From: a virus
Lineage: Duplodnaviria > Heunggongvirae > Uroviricota > Caudoviricetes
IMG/VR virus record: IMGVR_UViG_2585427764_000006
Length of the DNA: 5,513 bases
Strand: one strand, 5' to 3'
Below, one piece after another: positions 5,513-5,513 of the stretch. Position numbers and translations under genes: made by a program. Within the stretch, counting starts at the first letter, position 1, and every line of letters begins with the position of its first letter. The notes under the pieces were generated by a model, which did no database searches, was not told the DNA's origin, and saw nothing but the letters and a program-made list of their open reading frames with translations.

Positions 5513-5513
5513 C

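Larger units (their letters stand above)
4985..5513 (-). mobile_element. IS21-family insertion sequence, right-hand end only (continues right of the window)
   Basis: The istB 3' portion ends at 5075, followed by about 80-90 bp carrying repeated GAAGGAGATC / GGAGATCGGT motifs of the kind IS21-family elements carry at their ends as multiple IstA binding repeats. The outer boundary, near 4985-5000, is not precisely determinable from this window. Confidence 0.7.

Noticed and set aside
1-5513. CRISPR arrays, tRNA or rRNA genes, an integrase or attachment site, toxin-antitoxin or defence-system genes
   Set aside because: I found no direct-repeat and spacer periodicity, no tRNA-like cloverleaf candidates and no ORFs with defence-system hallmarks. 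Every ORF of 60 aa or more is accounted for by phage packaging and lysis genes, moron genes or IS genes.

Overview
This window is the packaging and lysis end of a lambdoid prophage lying in inverted orientation (late genes on the minus strand), flanked and pierced by two insertion sequences. Reading the minus strand from right to left: an IS21-family right end with the 3' part of istB and terminal repeats (about 4985-5513); a candidate tR'-like terminator; a phage-21-type pinholin S (4541-4756); a SAR endolysin R (4044-4541); Rz with embedded Rz1 spanins (3580-4047); about 490 bp of non-coding spacer with convergent terminator-like hairpins; an AT-rich plus-strand moron pair, DUF1398 (2678-3088) and DUF3950 (2388-2621); a perfect 7-1-7 Fur-box-like palindrome (2225-2239); a lambda-type cos site (cosQ-cosN-cosB, about 2000-2220); terminase small subunit Nu1 (1454-1999); the first 376 codons of terminase large subunit A (352-1479), cut by an IS66-family insertion whose right end and transposase C-terminus occupy 1-350. 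Every sizeable ORF matches a well-known phage or IS family, so I see no convincing evidence of a wholly novel system. The points worth a second look are the IS-disrupted terminase beside an intact cos and Nu1, the Fur-box-like palindrome, the uncharacterised moron pair and the non-coding spacer where lambda carries bor. All homology statements come from recall of lambda and phage 21 sequences and from reading the supplied translations; no database search was run.
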